Part shown: in pieces, positions 1 to 10,494 of the stretch | Layout of the letters: every line of letters begins with the position of its first letter | Position numbering within the stretch: position 1 is the stretch's first letter | Source: an uncultured Phycisphaerales bacterium | GTDB taxonomy: Bacteria; Planctomycetota; Phycisphaerae; Tepidisphaerales; Tepidisphaeraceae | Length of the DNA stretch: 64,000 nt | Assembly (NCBI GenBank): GCA_963755915.1 | Contig: CAVWLP010000002.1 | Coordinates: 2,944,001 to 3,008,000 of the forward strand | Reading direction: 5' to 3' | Translations under genes and position numbers: made by a program | Notes under the pieces: generated by a model | Databases searched by the model: none | What the model was told of the DNA's origin: nothing | Seen by the model: only the letters and a program-made list of their open reading frames with translations

Positions 1-1
1 C

Positions 2-1366
2 GACCTCCCGCGAAAACCGCGCCACATTTCCACCTCCGTCGAAGACCTCCCCGCCGGCGGCGTCTTCCTCGACAACGATGTCTTCGCCAACGGCGTAAAC
101 TACCTCCACATCAGCTTCGACCTCTGCGGCCTCCCTCGCGACCTCTTTGAATATCTTCCCCTCTATGGCGATTGCATCCAGAAAATGGGCGCCGCCGGCC
201 AGGACTACTCCGCCATCGCCCAGCGCATCGCCGGATTCACCGGCGGCGTCGGCTTCAGCGCCGGCGTCGGTGGCAGGGCCGATACCCCCGACGGAATCGT
301 CGCCCAGGCCGTCTTCTCCACCAAATTCCTCGACGACAACACCGACCAGGCCCTCAGCGTCCTGTGCGATCTGATGTTCCAGATGGAGCCCGGCGACGTC
401 CCCCGATTAAAAGACGTCCTGCTGCAAGCCCGCGCCCACCAGCGCATGCGCCCCGCCAGCGACGGCCTCACCATCACCATGCGCCACGCCGCCCGCGGCC
501 TCAGCATGGAAGGCCATCTCCAGGAAATTCTCGCCGGCCTCCCGCAGATTCACCTGTACGAAAAAATCACCGAAGCCCCGGTCGACCCGCTGCTCGAAAA
601 GCTGGCCGCCGTGCGCCAATTCGTCCTCAACCGCCGAAGGATGAACGTCAGCTTCACCGGCTCGAAAAACGTAAAGCAAACCGTCCGCAAGCGCCTCGAC
701 GAATGGTCGGCGGCAATGTCCGATTCCACTGCCGAAAATAAATCCCTCGACCACACCCCCTTCGCCCATCGCGAGGGCCTCGCCGCCCCGATGAACGTCG
801 CGTACTGCGGCATGTCCATGCCCGCAGTCCATATCTCCAGCGCCGACGGCCCCAAACTCGCCGTCGCGGCCCGTCTCCTGAGCCTCGGCTACGTCCTCGA
901 AGAAGTCCGCTTCAAAGGCACCGCCTACGGCGGCGGCTGCACCTACAACGGCGCCGCGGGATTGTGGGGCTTCCATTCCTATCGCGACCCGTGGGTCAAC
1001 CGCACCCTCGACGTATATTCCGCCGCCCTCAAGCACGTGAAATCTGCTGACTGGTCCCAGGGCGACGTCGATCGCTCGATCATCGGCACCGCCAAGGAAG
1101 GCGAACGCCCCATCCGCCCCACGCAAGCCACCGGCACCGCCCTCTCCCGCTACCTCACCGGCGACACCCCCGACCGCCGCGAAGCCCGCCACTCCGCAAT
1201 GCTCGGCGTAGCCGTCGCCGACGTAAAACGCGTCCTCGCCGAACAACTCGAAAAAAACCAAAAACACGCGGCCATTTGCGTCGTCTCCAGCCGCGAAAAA
1301 TTGGAAGAGGCCAATGGTCAAAGACCGGAAAATCTGCTCAAAATTGCCGATATTCTTGCCAAATAG
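2..1366 (+). CDS. Insulinase family (M16C, presequence protease PreP-like) metallopeptidase, C-terminal part; 5' end lies outside the window
   Basis: Open frame from base 2 (DLPRKP...NDVFANGVNYL...) into the listed ORF; PreP-type C-terminal motifs VRFKGTAYGG and SYRDP. Confidence 0.85.
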   Translation, partial: DLPRKPRHISTSVEDLPAGGVFLDNDVFANGVNYLHISFDLCGLPRDLFEYLPLYGDCIQKMGAAGQDYSAIAQRIAGFTGGVGFSAGVGGRADTPDGIVAQAVFSTKFLDDNTDQALSVLCDLMFQMEPGDVPRLKDVLLQARAHQRMRPASDGLTITMRHAARGLSMEGHLQEILAGLPQIHLYEKITEAPVDPLLEKLAAVRQFVLNRRRMNVSFTGSKNVKQTVRKRLDEWSAAMSDSTAENKSLDHTPFAHREGLAAPMNVAYCGMSMPAVHISSADGPKLAVAARLLSLGYVLEEVRFKGTAYGGGCTYNGAAGLWGFHSYRDPWVNRTLDVYSAALKHVKSADWSQGDVDRSIIGTAKEGERPIRPTQATGTALSRYLTGDTPDRREARHSAMLGVAVADVKRVLAEQLEKNQKHAAICVVSSREKLEEANGQRPENLLKIADILAK

Positions 1367-1375
1367 CGATTATTC

Positions 1376-1404
1376 TTGCCGGCGTGACGGTATCAGTCGA
1401 TAAT
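1376..1404 (+). promoter_or_regulatory. Putative sigma70 promoter of the antitoxin-doc operon
   Basis: TTGCCG-17 nt-GATAAT just before the antitoxin start; imperfect palindrome TGACGGTATCA in the spacer could be an autoregulatory operator. Confidence 0.4.
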
Positions 1405-1406
1405 AT

Positions 1407-1625
1407 ATGGCTATGTCCGCCAGCGTAACCGTCCAATTTCAAGCAACGCCGGAGCTTCGACAGAGGCTTGAAGCGGAAGCATCGCGGCTGAATATGTCGC
1501 TTTCTGCGTACATTCTTTATTTGCATGAAAGGGCAAAGGCAGGACCGGACGCGGAGCGCTTTGAGCGCCACGTTCGGGAAGTTTTCGGCAAGCACGGAGA
1601 GTTGATGCGAAGGCTGGCGAAGTGA
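1407..1625 (+). CDS. Small ribbon-helix-helix-type antitoxin
   Basis: 72 aa with RHH-like pattern (VQFQATPELRQRLEAEA...MSLSAYI); C-terminal HGELMRRLAK resembles Doc-partner tails; GTGA overlap with doc. Confidence 0.7.
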   Translation: MAMSASVTVQFQATPELRQRLEAEASRLNMSLSAYILYLHERAKAGPDAERFERHVREVFGKHGELMRRLAK

Positions 1626-2296
1626 ATGCGGAAATTAAATTCCTTTCCGTTGAGGATGTTCTTCGCCTTCATGCAACAGCCATTGGAGCCATGGGTGGCG
1701 ATCCTGGGATTCGTGATTTGGGTTTGCTCGAGTCCGCGACGGCCACTCCGGCGCAATCATTTGGCGGGCAACCGCTTCACGAGGATGTCCCGGCAATCGC
1801 AGCGGCATATACCTATCACATCTGCCTGAACCATCCCTTTGTTGATGGGAATAAACGAGCGGCTACCGCCGCGATGATAGCATTTTTGTCGGACAACGGG
1901 TGGAGCTTCGATGCGACGGCGGATCAAGCAGAGCCTATTGTTTTGCAGCTTGCGGCAGGTGCAATAGACAAAGCAGCATTCACGAGCCAAGTGAGGCCCC
2001 TCATGCGCGAAAAACCGAAGCTCGAACTTCGGGACTTTTTTAGACAAATAGACGCCGTCAAATTTACAAATCGAATCATAAGCATCTTGCCAGGCGAAAC
2101 TGGCGCGAATCCAAATGAGTTTGCCGAACGCTGTCGAGAGGCGGTAACTTCGATGCCGTTCCTCGATGATTTGGCAAGGCAGCAGCGAGAGGCTCAAGAA
2201 CGAAGGGACCAGTCAGGATGGGACCGCGTAACAATGTTAGCGGTAGGGGCCTTGGCTTTATATGCTTTAGCCGAAGACATGGGCTACGAGTGGTGA
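1622..2296 (+). CDS. doc: Doc/Fic family toxin with C-terminal extension
   Basis: Fic motif HPFVDGNKRAA; Doc N-terminal GIRDLGLLESA. Confidence 0.88.
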   Translation: MNAEIKFLSVEDVLRLHATAIGAMGGDPGIRDLGLLESATATPAQSFGGQPLHEDVPAIAAAYTYHICLNHPFVDGNKRAATAAMIAFLSDNGWSFDATADQAEPIVLQLAAGAIDKAAFTSQVRPLMREKPKLELRDFFRQIDAVKFTNRIISILPGETGANPNEFAERCREAVTSMPFLDDLARQQREAQERRDQSGWDRVTMLAVGALALYALAEDMGYEW

Positions 2297-2359
2297 AATA
2301 GCCACGCAAAGACCCCAAACCGGGCAAATCCGGCGCACCATTCCTCACGTAATATTTCC

Positions 2360-4125
2360 GTGATGAGAAGCGCCGTCCTGATTTTCCTGTTCTTTCTGAA
2401 AATCGTGGGGACCGCCCAAGCCCAACCCATCCCCTGGCAACCCTGGACCCCCCACGTCTTCACCCAAGCCAAGTCCCAGCACAAATTCGTCCTCCTCGAT
2501 CTCGGCACCCAATGGTGCCACTGGTGCCACGTGATGGATGTGCAAACGTACGCAGATGCCAAAGTCCAACACCTCATCGCCGAAAAATATATCGCCGTAA
2601 AAGTCGACGCCGATTCCCGCCCAGATCTTTCCGACCGCTACGAAGACTACGGCTGGCCCGCCACCGTCGTCTTCAACGCCGATGGCAGTGAGATCGTCAA
2701 ACGCCAGGGCTACCTCGAACCCGCCGAAATGGCCTCAATGCTCCAGGCGATCATCAACGACCCCACCCCCGGCCCGTCGATCGTCTCCGAGAAAAAATTG
2801 CAATTCGGCGCCCAAAGCGCCTCAGCGCCGACATCGAATCCGAACTGATCCACCGCCATATCTCCACCTACGACACCGACCAAGGCGCCTGGGGCCACGG
2901 CCAGAAATTCCTCGACGCCGCCAACACCGAATGGGCGATGCGCCAAGCCGCCCGCGGCGATGCCGCCGAAGCCCGGATGGCCACCCAAACCCTCGCCGCC
3001 CAACTGAATCTCCTCGACCCGGCCTGGGGCGGCGTCTACCAATATTCCACCGACGACGACTGGCACCACCCCCATTTCGAAAAAATCATGCAGATGCAGA
3101 CCGACGACCTGCGCATTTATGCCCTCGCCTACGGCCAGTGGAAAGACCCCACCTATCTAACCGCCGCCGAGTCGATCCACCGCTATCTCACCCGATTTCT
3201 CCTCGGCGACAACGGCGCCTTTTACACCAGCCAGGACGCCGACCTCATCGACGGCATCCACAGCTCCGATTATTTCGCCCTCACCGACGCCCAAAGAACC
3301 GCCCAGGGAATCCCGCGCATCGACCGCCACCAATACGCCCGCGAAAACGGCTGGGCCATCCGTAGTCTCACAATTCTCTACGAAATGACCGGCGACCAAA
3401 CGGCCCTCCATCAAGCCCAGCGCGCCGCCGATTGGATTTGCGATCATCGCACAATATCCGACAGCGGATTCTCCCACGACGCCGCCGACCCCGCCGGCCC
3501 CTACCTCGGCGACACCCTCGCCATGGGCCAGGCATTCCTCGAACTCTACGCCGCCAGCGGCGATCGAACCTCCCTCGCCCGCGCCCAATCCGCCTCCGAT
3601 TTCATCGCCCGCCATTTCGCCCGCGACTCCGAGCCCGGCGTCATGACCAGCGACGTTCACATCCCCCAGCAGTTCCCCCCCGAGCAAGAGCTCCAGGAGA
3701 ACATCGAATTCGCTCGCTGGGCCAATCTGCTCAGCCAATATTCCGGCCGAAAATCTGACGACGCCCTCGCCCGCAGCGCCATGCGATATCTCGCAACTCC
3801 CGCCGTCGCCCTGCGCCCGCGCGTAGCAGTAGGGGGGCTGCTTCTGGCAAATGACGAGCTAAGCCGCCCCGCCCTCCACATCACCGTCGTCGGCCCCAAG
3901 CTTGACGCCGGCGCCATCACCCTCTTCCGCATCGCCCTCACCTATCTCTCCCTCTTTAAGCGCACCGAATGGTACGACCCCGCCGAGGGTTCCCTGCCCA
4001 ATTCCGACGTGCTTTACCCCCATTTCCCCACCGCCGCCGGTTTCGTCTGCACCGGAACCACCTGCTCCCGCCCCGCGTTTTCCCCCGCCGATTTCCAGCG
4101 CCATCTAAGCAGGGTGAAAAATTAA
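2360..4125 (+). CDS. DUF255/YyaL (SPATA20-like) thioredoxin plus six-hairpin protein; frameshift near 2820
   Basis: WCHWCHVMD, VKVDADSRPDL and GWPAT in the first ORF; WHHPHFEKI and GAFYTSQDAD in the second. Confidence 0.85.
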
Positions 4126-4190
4126 CCCCCGCCGGTTAACCTCAAGCACCCGGCGGCCCAGAGAAACGTCTCCTAGCCCGCCGGCCACGC

Positions 4191-5501
4191 ATGGCCACCA
4201 TCGGAATCTGCATGCTCGGCTGCGGCGTCGTCGGCACCGGTGTTGCGCGCATTCTCCACGATCAGGCCCCCCTCATCGAAGCCCGCACCGGACTCAAACT
4301 TGAAATCCGCCACGTCGTCGTCCGCGACGCCGCCAAAACCCGCCTCCACGCCCAGCTTCCTTTCCACACCGACGCCGAAAAGGCCATCAACGACCCCAAC
4401 ATAAAAATCGTCATCGAGCTGATGGGCGGCACCGAAACCGCCGCCAAGCACGTCGAGCGCGCCCTCACCCTCGGCAAGCCCGTCGTCACCGCCAACAAAA
4501 GCCTCCTCTCCAGCCGCGGTCCCGAGCTTTTCGCCATCGCTCGAAAAAACAAAACCTGCATCGCCTTCGAAGCAAGCTGCGCCGGCGGTATCCCCATCAT
4601 CGACGCCCTCATGCACGGCCTCGTCGCCAACCGCTTCGACGCCATGGTCGGCATCGTCAACGGCACCTGCAATTTCATCCTCACCCAAATGACCCGCAAC
4701 GGCTGGAAATACGACCAGGCCCTCGCCGAAGCCCAAAGGCTAGGCTTCGCCGAAGCCGACCCCACCCTCGACGTCTCCGGCCGCGACGCCGCCCAAAAAC
4801 TCGCCATCCTCGCCTCCCTCGCCTTCAACGTCCGCGTCAAAGAATCCGACATCTATATCGAAGGCATCGACCGCCTCCAAGAAGCCGAAATCAAATTCGC
4901 CAACGAATTGGGATACGTCTTAAAGCTCCTCGCCATCGCCCGCCGCCACGGCTCAAAGATCTCCCTCCGTGTCCATCCCACCCTGGTCAAACAGGATGAC
5001 GTCCTCGCCGACGTCAGCGGCAGCTTCAACGCCATCAGCGTCTACGGCCATGCCCTCGGCCACGCCCTCTTCTACGGCCGCGGCGCCGGCCAGATGCCCA
5101 CCGCCAGCGCCGTCGTCGCCGACCTGGTCAACGTCGCCCTAGGCGTGACGCCCCTCGCCTTCTCCCAACTAAAAATTTTCCCCGACCAGATCCCCAGCGC
5201 CGACGTCCTTCCCGTCGAAGACACCACAGGCCGATATTATTTGCGCCTCGCCGCCCGCGACGAGCCCGGCGTCCTCGCTCAGGTCACCAGAATCCTCGGC
5301 GAAAAAAAAATCAGCCTCTCCGCCATCCTACAGCGCGAAGCCAACAACGGCGGCAACGTCCCCGTTGTCATCACCACCCACATCGCCCGCGAAGGCTCCG
5401 TCCAGGCCGCCCTCAAAGAAATCGACAAACTCGCCACCATCCAGCCCCCAACCGTCTGCCTTCGAATTCTCGATCAGCCGCAGGAGTTCGGCGATGCGTG
5501 A
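4191..5501 (+). CDS. hom: Homoserine dehydrogenase with C-terminal ACT domain
   Basis: GCGVVG Rossmann motif, VVTANK, FEASCAGGIP, GFAEADPTLDVSGRDAAQK. Confidence 0.96.
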   Translation: MATIGICMLGCGVVGTGVARILHDQAPLIEARTGLKLEIRHVVVRDAAKTRLHAQLPFHTDAEKAINDPNIKIVIELMGGTETAAKHVERALTLGKPVVTANKSLLSSRGPELFAIARKNKTCIAFEASCAGGIPIIDALMHGLVANRFDAMVGIVNGTCNFILTQMTRNGWKYDQALAEAQRLGFAEADPTLDVSGRDAAQKLAILASLAFNVRVKESDIYIEGIDRLQEAEIKFANELGYVLKLLAIARRHGSKISLRVHPTLVKQDDVLADVSGSFNAISVYGHALGHALFYGRGAGQMPTASAVVADLVNVALGVTPLAFSQLKIFPDQIPSADVLPVEDTTGRYYLRLAARDEPGVLAQVTRILGEKKISLSAILQREANNGGNVPVVITTHIAREGSVQAALKEIDKLATIQPPTVCLRILDQPQEFGDA

Positions 5502-5550
5502 ACGCACAAATTCCGAATCCCCTCCTTGTATCCTCTTATATCTCCTTGTA

Positions 5551-5592
5551 TCCCCTCCCCTGGTACTCCGGGGGAGGGTTAGGGTGGGGGCC
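5551..5592 (+). repeat. Repeat family B (TCCCCTCTCCCGGTACTCCGGGAGAGGG...GGGTGAGGG), copy 1 of 5
   Basis: Hairpin plus G-rich tail; co-oriented copies at 24423-24460 (partial), 29386-29427, 47581-47622 and 53234-53275. Confidence 0.9.
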
Positions 5593-5693
5593 CGTGCACC
5601 AACAACCAAGGATTTCATCAGACCTGCTCGAAAATCCGAATTCGAATCGATGAAAATCCAAGCCGAGTTCTAATTGCGATCTCAGGAGCCCTT

Positions 5694-6896
5694 TTGAAAT
5701 ACGCAATCATCATCCCCGACGGCGCCGCCGACGACCCATTGCAAGAACTCGCCGGCAAAACCCCCCTCGAAGCCGCCAACATCCCCAACATAGATTCCAT
5801 CGCCCGCTCCGGCAAACTCGGCCTCGTCCGCACCGTCCCCGAAGGCTTCGAAAGCGGCAGCGACGTCGCCACCATGTGCCTCCTCGGCTACGACCCCAAC
5901 GTCTACCACACCGGCCGCGCCCCCCTCGAAGCCGCCGCCCAGCGCATTCCCCTCTCGCCCACCGACTGGGTCTTCCGCTGCAATCTCGTCACCGTCACCG
6001 CCGGCGTCATGAAAGACCACTCCTCCGGCGGAATCTCCGACCCCGAAGCCAAACGCCTCATCACCGATCTCGCCACTTATCTCAACCTCCCCGGCTTCGA
6101 ATTCCACACCGGCGTCAGCTACCGCAATCTCCTCGTCTACCGCGGCAAAGAAGAATTCGACGTAACCACACGCCCCCCGCACGAGGTGCCGGAGGAGCCG
6201 ATCGCACAAAATCTTCCCACGGGGACAGGCAGTAAAATTCTCATAGACATCATGGACCGCTCCGCGAAGTTCTTCGCCGATCACGAAATCAATCGCGCCC
6301 GTCGCGCCGCCGGCAAAAATCCCGCCACCCAGGTCTGGCTCTGGGGCCAGGGACACGCCCCCAATATGCCCAGATTCCAGCAGAAATTCGGCGTAAAAAC
6401 CGGCTGCATGATCACCGGCGTCGATCTCCTCCGCGGCCTTGCCACCCTCCTCGGCTGGGACGTCCACGAAGTCCACGGCATGACCAGCTTTCACGACACC
6501 AACTACATCGGCCAGGGCCTCGAAACCGCCAAAATGCTCGACAAATATGACCTGGTCTTCAGCCACATCGAAGCCCCGGATGAAGCCAGCCACCAGGCCG
6601 ACTGGAAGACGAAAATCTCCGCCATCGAGCACATCGATAAATTCGTCGTCGGCCCGGTCCTCGAGAAATTGAAGTCCCAGCCCGATTGGCGAATCCTCGT
6701 CATGCCCGACCATCCCACCAACATCGCCACCCGCAAGCACGGCTACGCCCCAACCCTCTTCGCCGTCGCCGGCTCCAACATCAAATCCGGCTCCAACGCC
6801 AATTACTCTGAAACAAACGCCCGCGCCGGAGGTTTCTATATTGAGCGCGGTTATGAATTGATGGACTATTTCCTCCACGGCGCCAGTTCCGTTTAG
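5694..6896 (+). CDS. apgM: Cofactor-independent phosphoglycerate mutase family (ApgM; proposed homoserine kinase type)
   Basis: PDGAAD, GKTPLEAA, GSDVA, GRAPLEAA, HIEAPDEASH and PDHPT motifs. Confidence 0.9.
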   Translation: MKYAIIIPDGAADDPLQELAGKTPLEAANIPNIDSIARSGKLGLVRTVPEGFESGSDVATMCLLGYDPNVYHTGRAPLEAAAQRIPLSPTDWVFRCNLVTVTAGVMKDHSSGGISDPEAKRLITDLATYLNLPGFEFHTGVSYRNLLVYRGKEEFDVTTRPPHEVPEEPIAQNLPTGTGSKILIDIMDRSAKFFADHEINRARRAAGKNPATQVWLWGQGHAPNMPRFQQKFGVKTGCMITGVDLLRGLATLLGWDVHEVHGMTSFHDTNYIGQGLETAKMLDKYDLVFSHIEAPDEASHQADWKTKISAIEHIDKFVVGPVLEKLKSQPDWRILVMPDHPTNIATRKHGYAPTLFAVAGSNIKSGSNANYSETNARAGGFYIERGYELMDYFLHGASSV

Positions 6897-7110
6897 AAGC
6901 TGTTTCATAACCTCCCGCGAACCGATGCGCCGCGGCTGGCGAATGCTGGCAAGGCGCGACGACGAACAATATTGACCGGAAATATGGGGAGGAGGAGCAA
7001 CGCCGCCAGCCTTCCCCAGACGCAAGCAGCGGCCGCGCGAGGTTATGAAACAGCTTCTTAGCCGGCGAGCTTGCTCGCCGTGTCTTCGGCGAATTTGCCA
7101 AGAGGCTCCC

Positions 7111-8272
7111 ATGCCCCTCCTCGACGATCCAGCCCGCCTTCGTCGCATCATGCTCTGGGTCATGCTCGGCGCCCTCGCCGCCTCCGGGCTTCTCGCCGCC
7201 GTCATCGCCGCCGGCCTGATGCTCGCAACCTGCAAGCTCCTCGATTCCGAAAAAACTCGCCGCACAGGGCTCTTTATCCTTGCCGCAATCGCCGCCCAGT
7301 TCGTCCTGACTCTCCTTGCCTTTTGGGACCCGCTGCGAAATTGGAATGTGCGGGACAGCGAAGAAAAACAGGGTCTGACCGCGCTCCTCTTCACGGTCAC
7401 CGCAATCCCCTCGATCTTATTCTTTTACGTCAGTGCCCTTCGTGGCGGTCGCGTGGCGGGAACCTTCGGAATCATCGGAAACCTCGCCAGCTACGCTCTG
7501 TATCTAACCGCGATCTGGACATCGGCCTTCAACCTAACCGCCGAGGACGATCGGCTCTGGGAAACCGCCTGGGGCGTCTGGTTCTTCACGCTTGTCGTCT
7601 CCGCCTCCCTCGCCGGCGCGGGAATCGACCGCCGATACTGGCGCTGGTTTGGGCTACCCGTTGCAACCGCCGCCCTCGCCATCGCACTTCGAAACGTCTG
7701 GGCCGACACCGATCGCTTCGTCAATCTCCTCACCATACTCATCACCCTCGCGATCCTCATCGGCCACACCAACATCGTCTTTCTCTGTGCCCTCAAGGGC
7801 CGCCAGGAATGGCTCCGATGGGCCACCCTCATCTGCACTCTCTTCGCAGGCGCCGCATTCGACTACACCGTCATCGACCATCCCGATGACGACGGCATGT
7901 GGCGCATCGCCTCGGCAGGTGCGATCTGCGCCGCTTGCGCCACCGTCGCCCTCGGAATTCTCGCCGCCTTCAACCGCAAACCCGCCCCCCAAACCGGCGA
8001 CGCCATCGAAGCCCCCGAAATCTCCCTCGTTTGCCCCAACTGCCACAAAAAACAAACCGTCCCCATGACCCACGGAATCGGCGAAACCCCCTGCACCGGC
8101 TGCGGAATGATCTTCTCCATCCGCATCCGCGCCTCCCCGCTGCCCAACTTGCGGCTATTTGCTCCTTATGTTCAAGGGCGACGCCTGCCCCGAATGTGGG
8201 GCGAAGGTTTCACGCCCAACCGGCGAGCCCCAGGCGCTATCCAGTCACATGTCGGCCCCCATAGTTGAATAG
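7111..8272 (+). CDS. Multi-pass membrane protein with C-terminal zinc ribbons; frameshift near 8135
   Basis: Many hydrophobic segments, then CPNC and CTGC; the shifted frame continues RCPTCGYLLLMFKGDACPECG to TAG at 8270-8272. Confidence 0.65.
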
Positions 8273-8298
8273 GACTATTGATTAGGGACAATAACGAG

Positions 8299-8640
8299 AT
8301 GCTCGAGGTCCCCGAAAGCACCACCCTTGTGCAGCTTGCTCACAAACGCCTCCGCGTATGCGCGGAGCAGATTTCAGACTTCTGCCGGCGTTGGCAAATT
8401 GCAGAGCTGTCCCTTTTCGGTTCCATTCTCCGGGCCGATTTCACGGACCATAGCGATATCGATGTGATGGTGACCTTCCATCCGGGCGCCGCATGGAGTC
8501 TGATGGAATGGGTCCAAATGCGGGACGAGCTCCAGACCATGTTTAACCGGCGCGTCGACCTGGTCGAGAAGCGGGCGATACGCAATCCATTTCGCCGACA
8601 TTCCATTCTGAATTCCTCACACGTGATTTATGCCGCCTGA
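8299..8640 (+). CDS. mntA: Minimal nucleotidyltransferase (MNT) antitoxin
   Basis: LFGSILRADFTDHSDIDV (GS..DxD) and RRVDLV. Confidence 0.9.
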   Translation: MLEVPESTTLVQLAHKRLRVCAEQISDFCRRWQIAELSLFGSILRADFTDHSDIDVMVTFHPGAAWSLMEWVQMRDELQTMFNRRVDLVEKRAIRNPFRRHSILNSSHVIYAA

Positions 8641-8983
8641 AGATCGAGACCCCGCCTTGCTATGGGATATGCTCGAAGCCGCCCGCCAAATGTGCCAGTT
8701 TGCTGGCGACGTCACTCTCGAGCAATATCGAAACAACCTCATGCTTCGAAGGGCCGTGGAGAGGTCCATTGAGATCATCGGAGAGGCGGCACGAGGCGTA
8801 TCAAAGACCTTTAAGGCCTCTCATCCGCAGATACCCTGGCAGCCGATTATGTCTCAGCGCCATGTACTGGCGCACGAATATGGCGAAATCGACGACGAGC
8901 GGATTTGGCGCGTACTTACAATTCACGTTCCCGAGCTGATCCGCATGCTGGAGCCCTTGGTTCCGCCTGCGCCAGGACATTGA
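8630..8983 (+). CDS. hepT: HEPN/DUF86 RNase toxin
   Basis: AVERSIEIIGEAA, IPW and RHVLAHEY (Rx4HxY); overlaps the MNT gene. Confidence 0.9.
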   Translation: MPPEDRDPALLWDMLEAARQMCQFAGDVTLEQYRNNLMLRRAVERSIEIIGEAARGVSKTFKASHPQIPWQPIMSQRHVLAHEYGEIDDERIWRVLTIHVPELIRMLEPLVPPAPGH

Positions 8984-9024
8984 GTCTGGAATCACCTCTC
9001 CTATAATCCCCAACCCCAGCATTT

Positions 9025-10251
9025 ATGCCCCTGATCGTCCAAAAATTCGGCGGAACCAGTGTCGCGGACGCCCAGCGAATCCACCGCGCCGCCCAGCGCG
9101 CCATCGCCGCCAAGCAGCAGGGAAACCAGGTCTGCGTCGTCGTCTCCGCCATGGGCGACACCACCGACGATCTCATCCACCTCGCCACTCAGGTCTGCGA
9201 AAATCCCCCCAAACGCGAGATGGATCAGCTCCTCGCCACCGGCGAGCAGGTCACCATCGCCCTGATGGCCATGGCCATCTCACGCCCAGGGCCACGAGGC
9301 CATCAGCTTCACCGGCGGCCAGATCGGCCTCGTCACCGACAACGCCTTCAGCAAAGCCCGCATCCAATCCATCAACCAGAAACGCATTTTCGACCAGCTC
9401 GCCGCCGGAAAAATCGTCATCATCGCCGGCTTCCAGGGCGTCACCGCCGAGGGCGATTACACCACCCTCGGCCGCGGCGGGAGCAACGCCACCCTCGTCG
9501 CCATCGGCGCCGTCCTCAAGGCCGACGTCTGCGAAAACTACACCGACGTCGACGGAATCTTCACCGCCGACCCCCGCATCGTCCAAAACGCACGCAAGAT
9601 CGACCGCATCAGCTATGATGAAATGCTCGAGCTCTCCGGCCTCGGCGCCAGCGTCCTGCAGACCCGGGCGGTCGAGTTCGCCAAGAAATACAATGTTCCG
9701 CATTCACGTGCGAAACAGCCAGAACGACAAGCGAAGGAACGTGGATCGTCGCGGAGACCCAGAACATGGAACACATCGTCGTCTCCGGCGCCGCACTTAA
9801 AAAAGACCTCGTCCGCGTCACCATAAAAAACGTCCCCGACAAACCCGGCATCGCCGCCAAAATCTTCGGCGACATCGCCGCCGCCAACATCGTCGTCGAC
9901 GACATCATCCAGAACGTCATGGACGACAACACCGCCAACATCAGCTTCACCGTCGAGCACGGCGACCTGCACGAAATCAAGCCCGTCGTCGACCGCCTCG
10001 TCAAAGAGCTCGGCGGCAAAACCGCCCCGATCTACCACGACGGCCTCGCCAAAGTCAGCGCCGTCGGCGTCGGCATGAAAACCCACACCGGCGTCGCCCA
10101 GCGAATGTTCAAGGCCCTGGCCGACGGCAAGATCAACATCCAGAACATCACCACCAGCGAAATCAAGATCAGTTGCATCATCAGCAAAGAAGACGCCAAC
10201 CGCGCCCTGCAAATCGTCCACGACGCCTTCGACCTGGGAACCGCCCGCTAA
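9025..10251 (+). CDS. lysC: Aspartate kinase; three apparent +1 indels (~9280, ~9701, ~9732)
   Basis: [19 protein letters not shown]; middle frame has [15 protein letters not shown] and [12 protein letters not shown]-terminal ACT domains ending TTSEIKISC. Confidence 0.93.
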
Positions 10252-10296
10252 TCGACCCACGCGCAACCCACGATTTTCCCCGGCCCCCAACTTCTC

Positions 10297-10350
10297 CCCG
10301 TGTAGCCGCCGTGCTCGACTTCGGTGAGCTGTGTCGAACCGCACGGCGCT
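10297..10350 (+). repeat. GTGTAG-type REP-like hairpin (family C) with an enlarged loop insert
   Basis: CCCGTGTAGC followed by a GC stem; co-oriented copies at 7057-7080, 23857-23886, 33919-33948, 42549-42578, 56711-56739 and 58359-58389. Confidence 0.85.
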
Positions 10351-10355
10351 TTCCC

Positions 10356-10485
10356 GCCCAACACCCCAGGGCCGCCCCGAACGTCATCAGGCCAGCCAAA
10401 TGCTATAGCAGCGGAACCGCCTGCAACATACGAGTCACCGCCTCTTCTCGTCACCAACACCGTAACCGAAAAGACTCTTCTTCTT
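10356..10485 (+). repeat. ~125-bp dispersed repeat family A, copy 1
   Basis: GCCCAACACC...GAACGTCA..AGGCCAGCC...GCGGAACCGC...ACGAGTCACCG...CTCGTCA...AACCGAAAA.ACTCTT; six further copies. Confidence 0.9.
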
Positions 10486-10494
10486 CGTTTTCCT

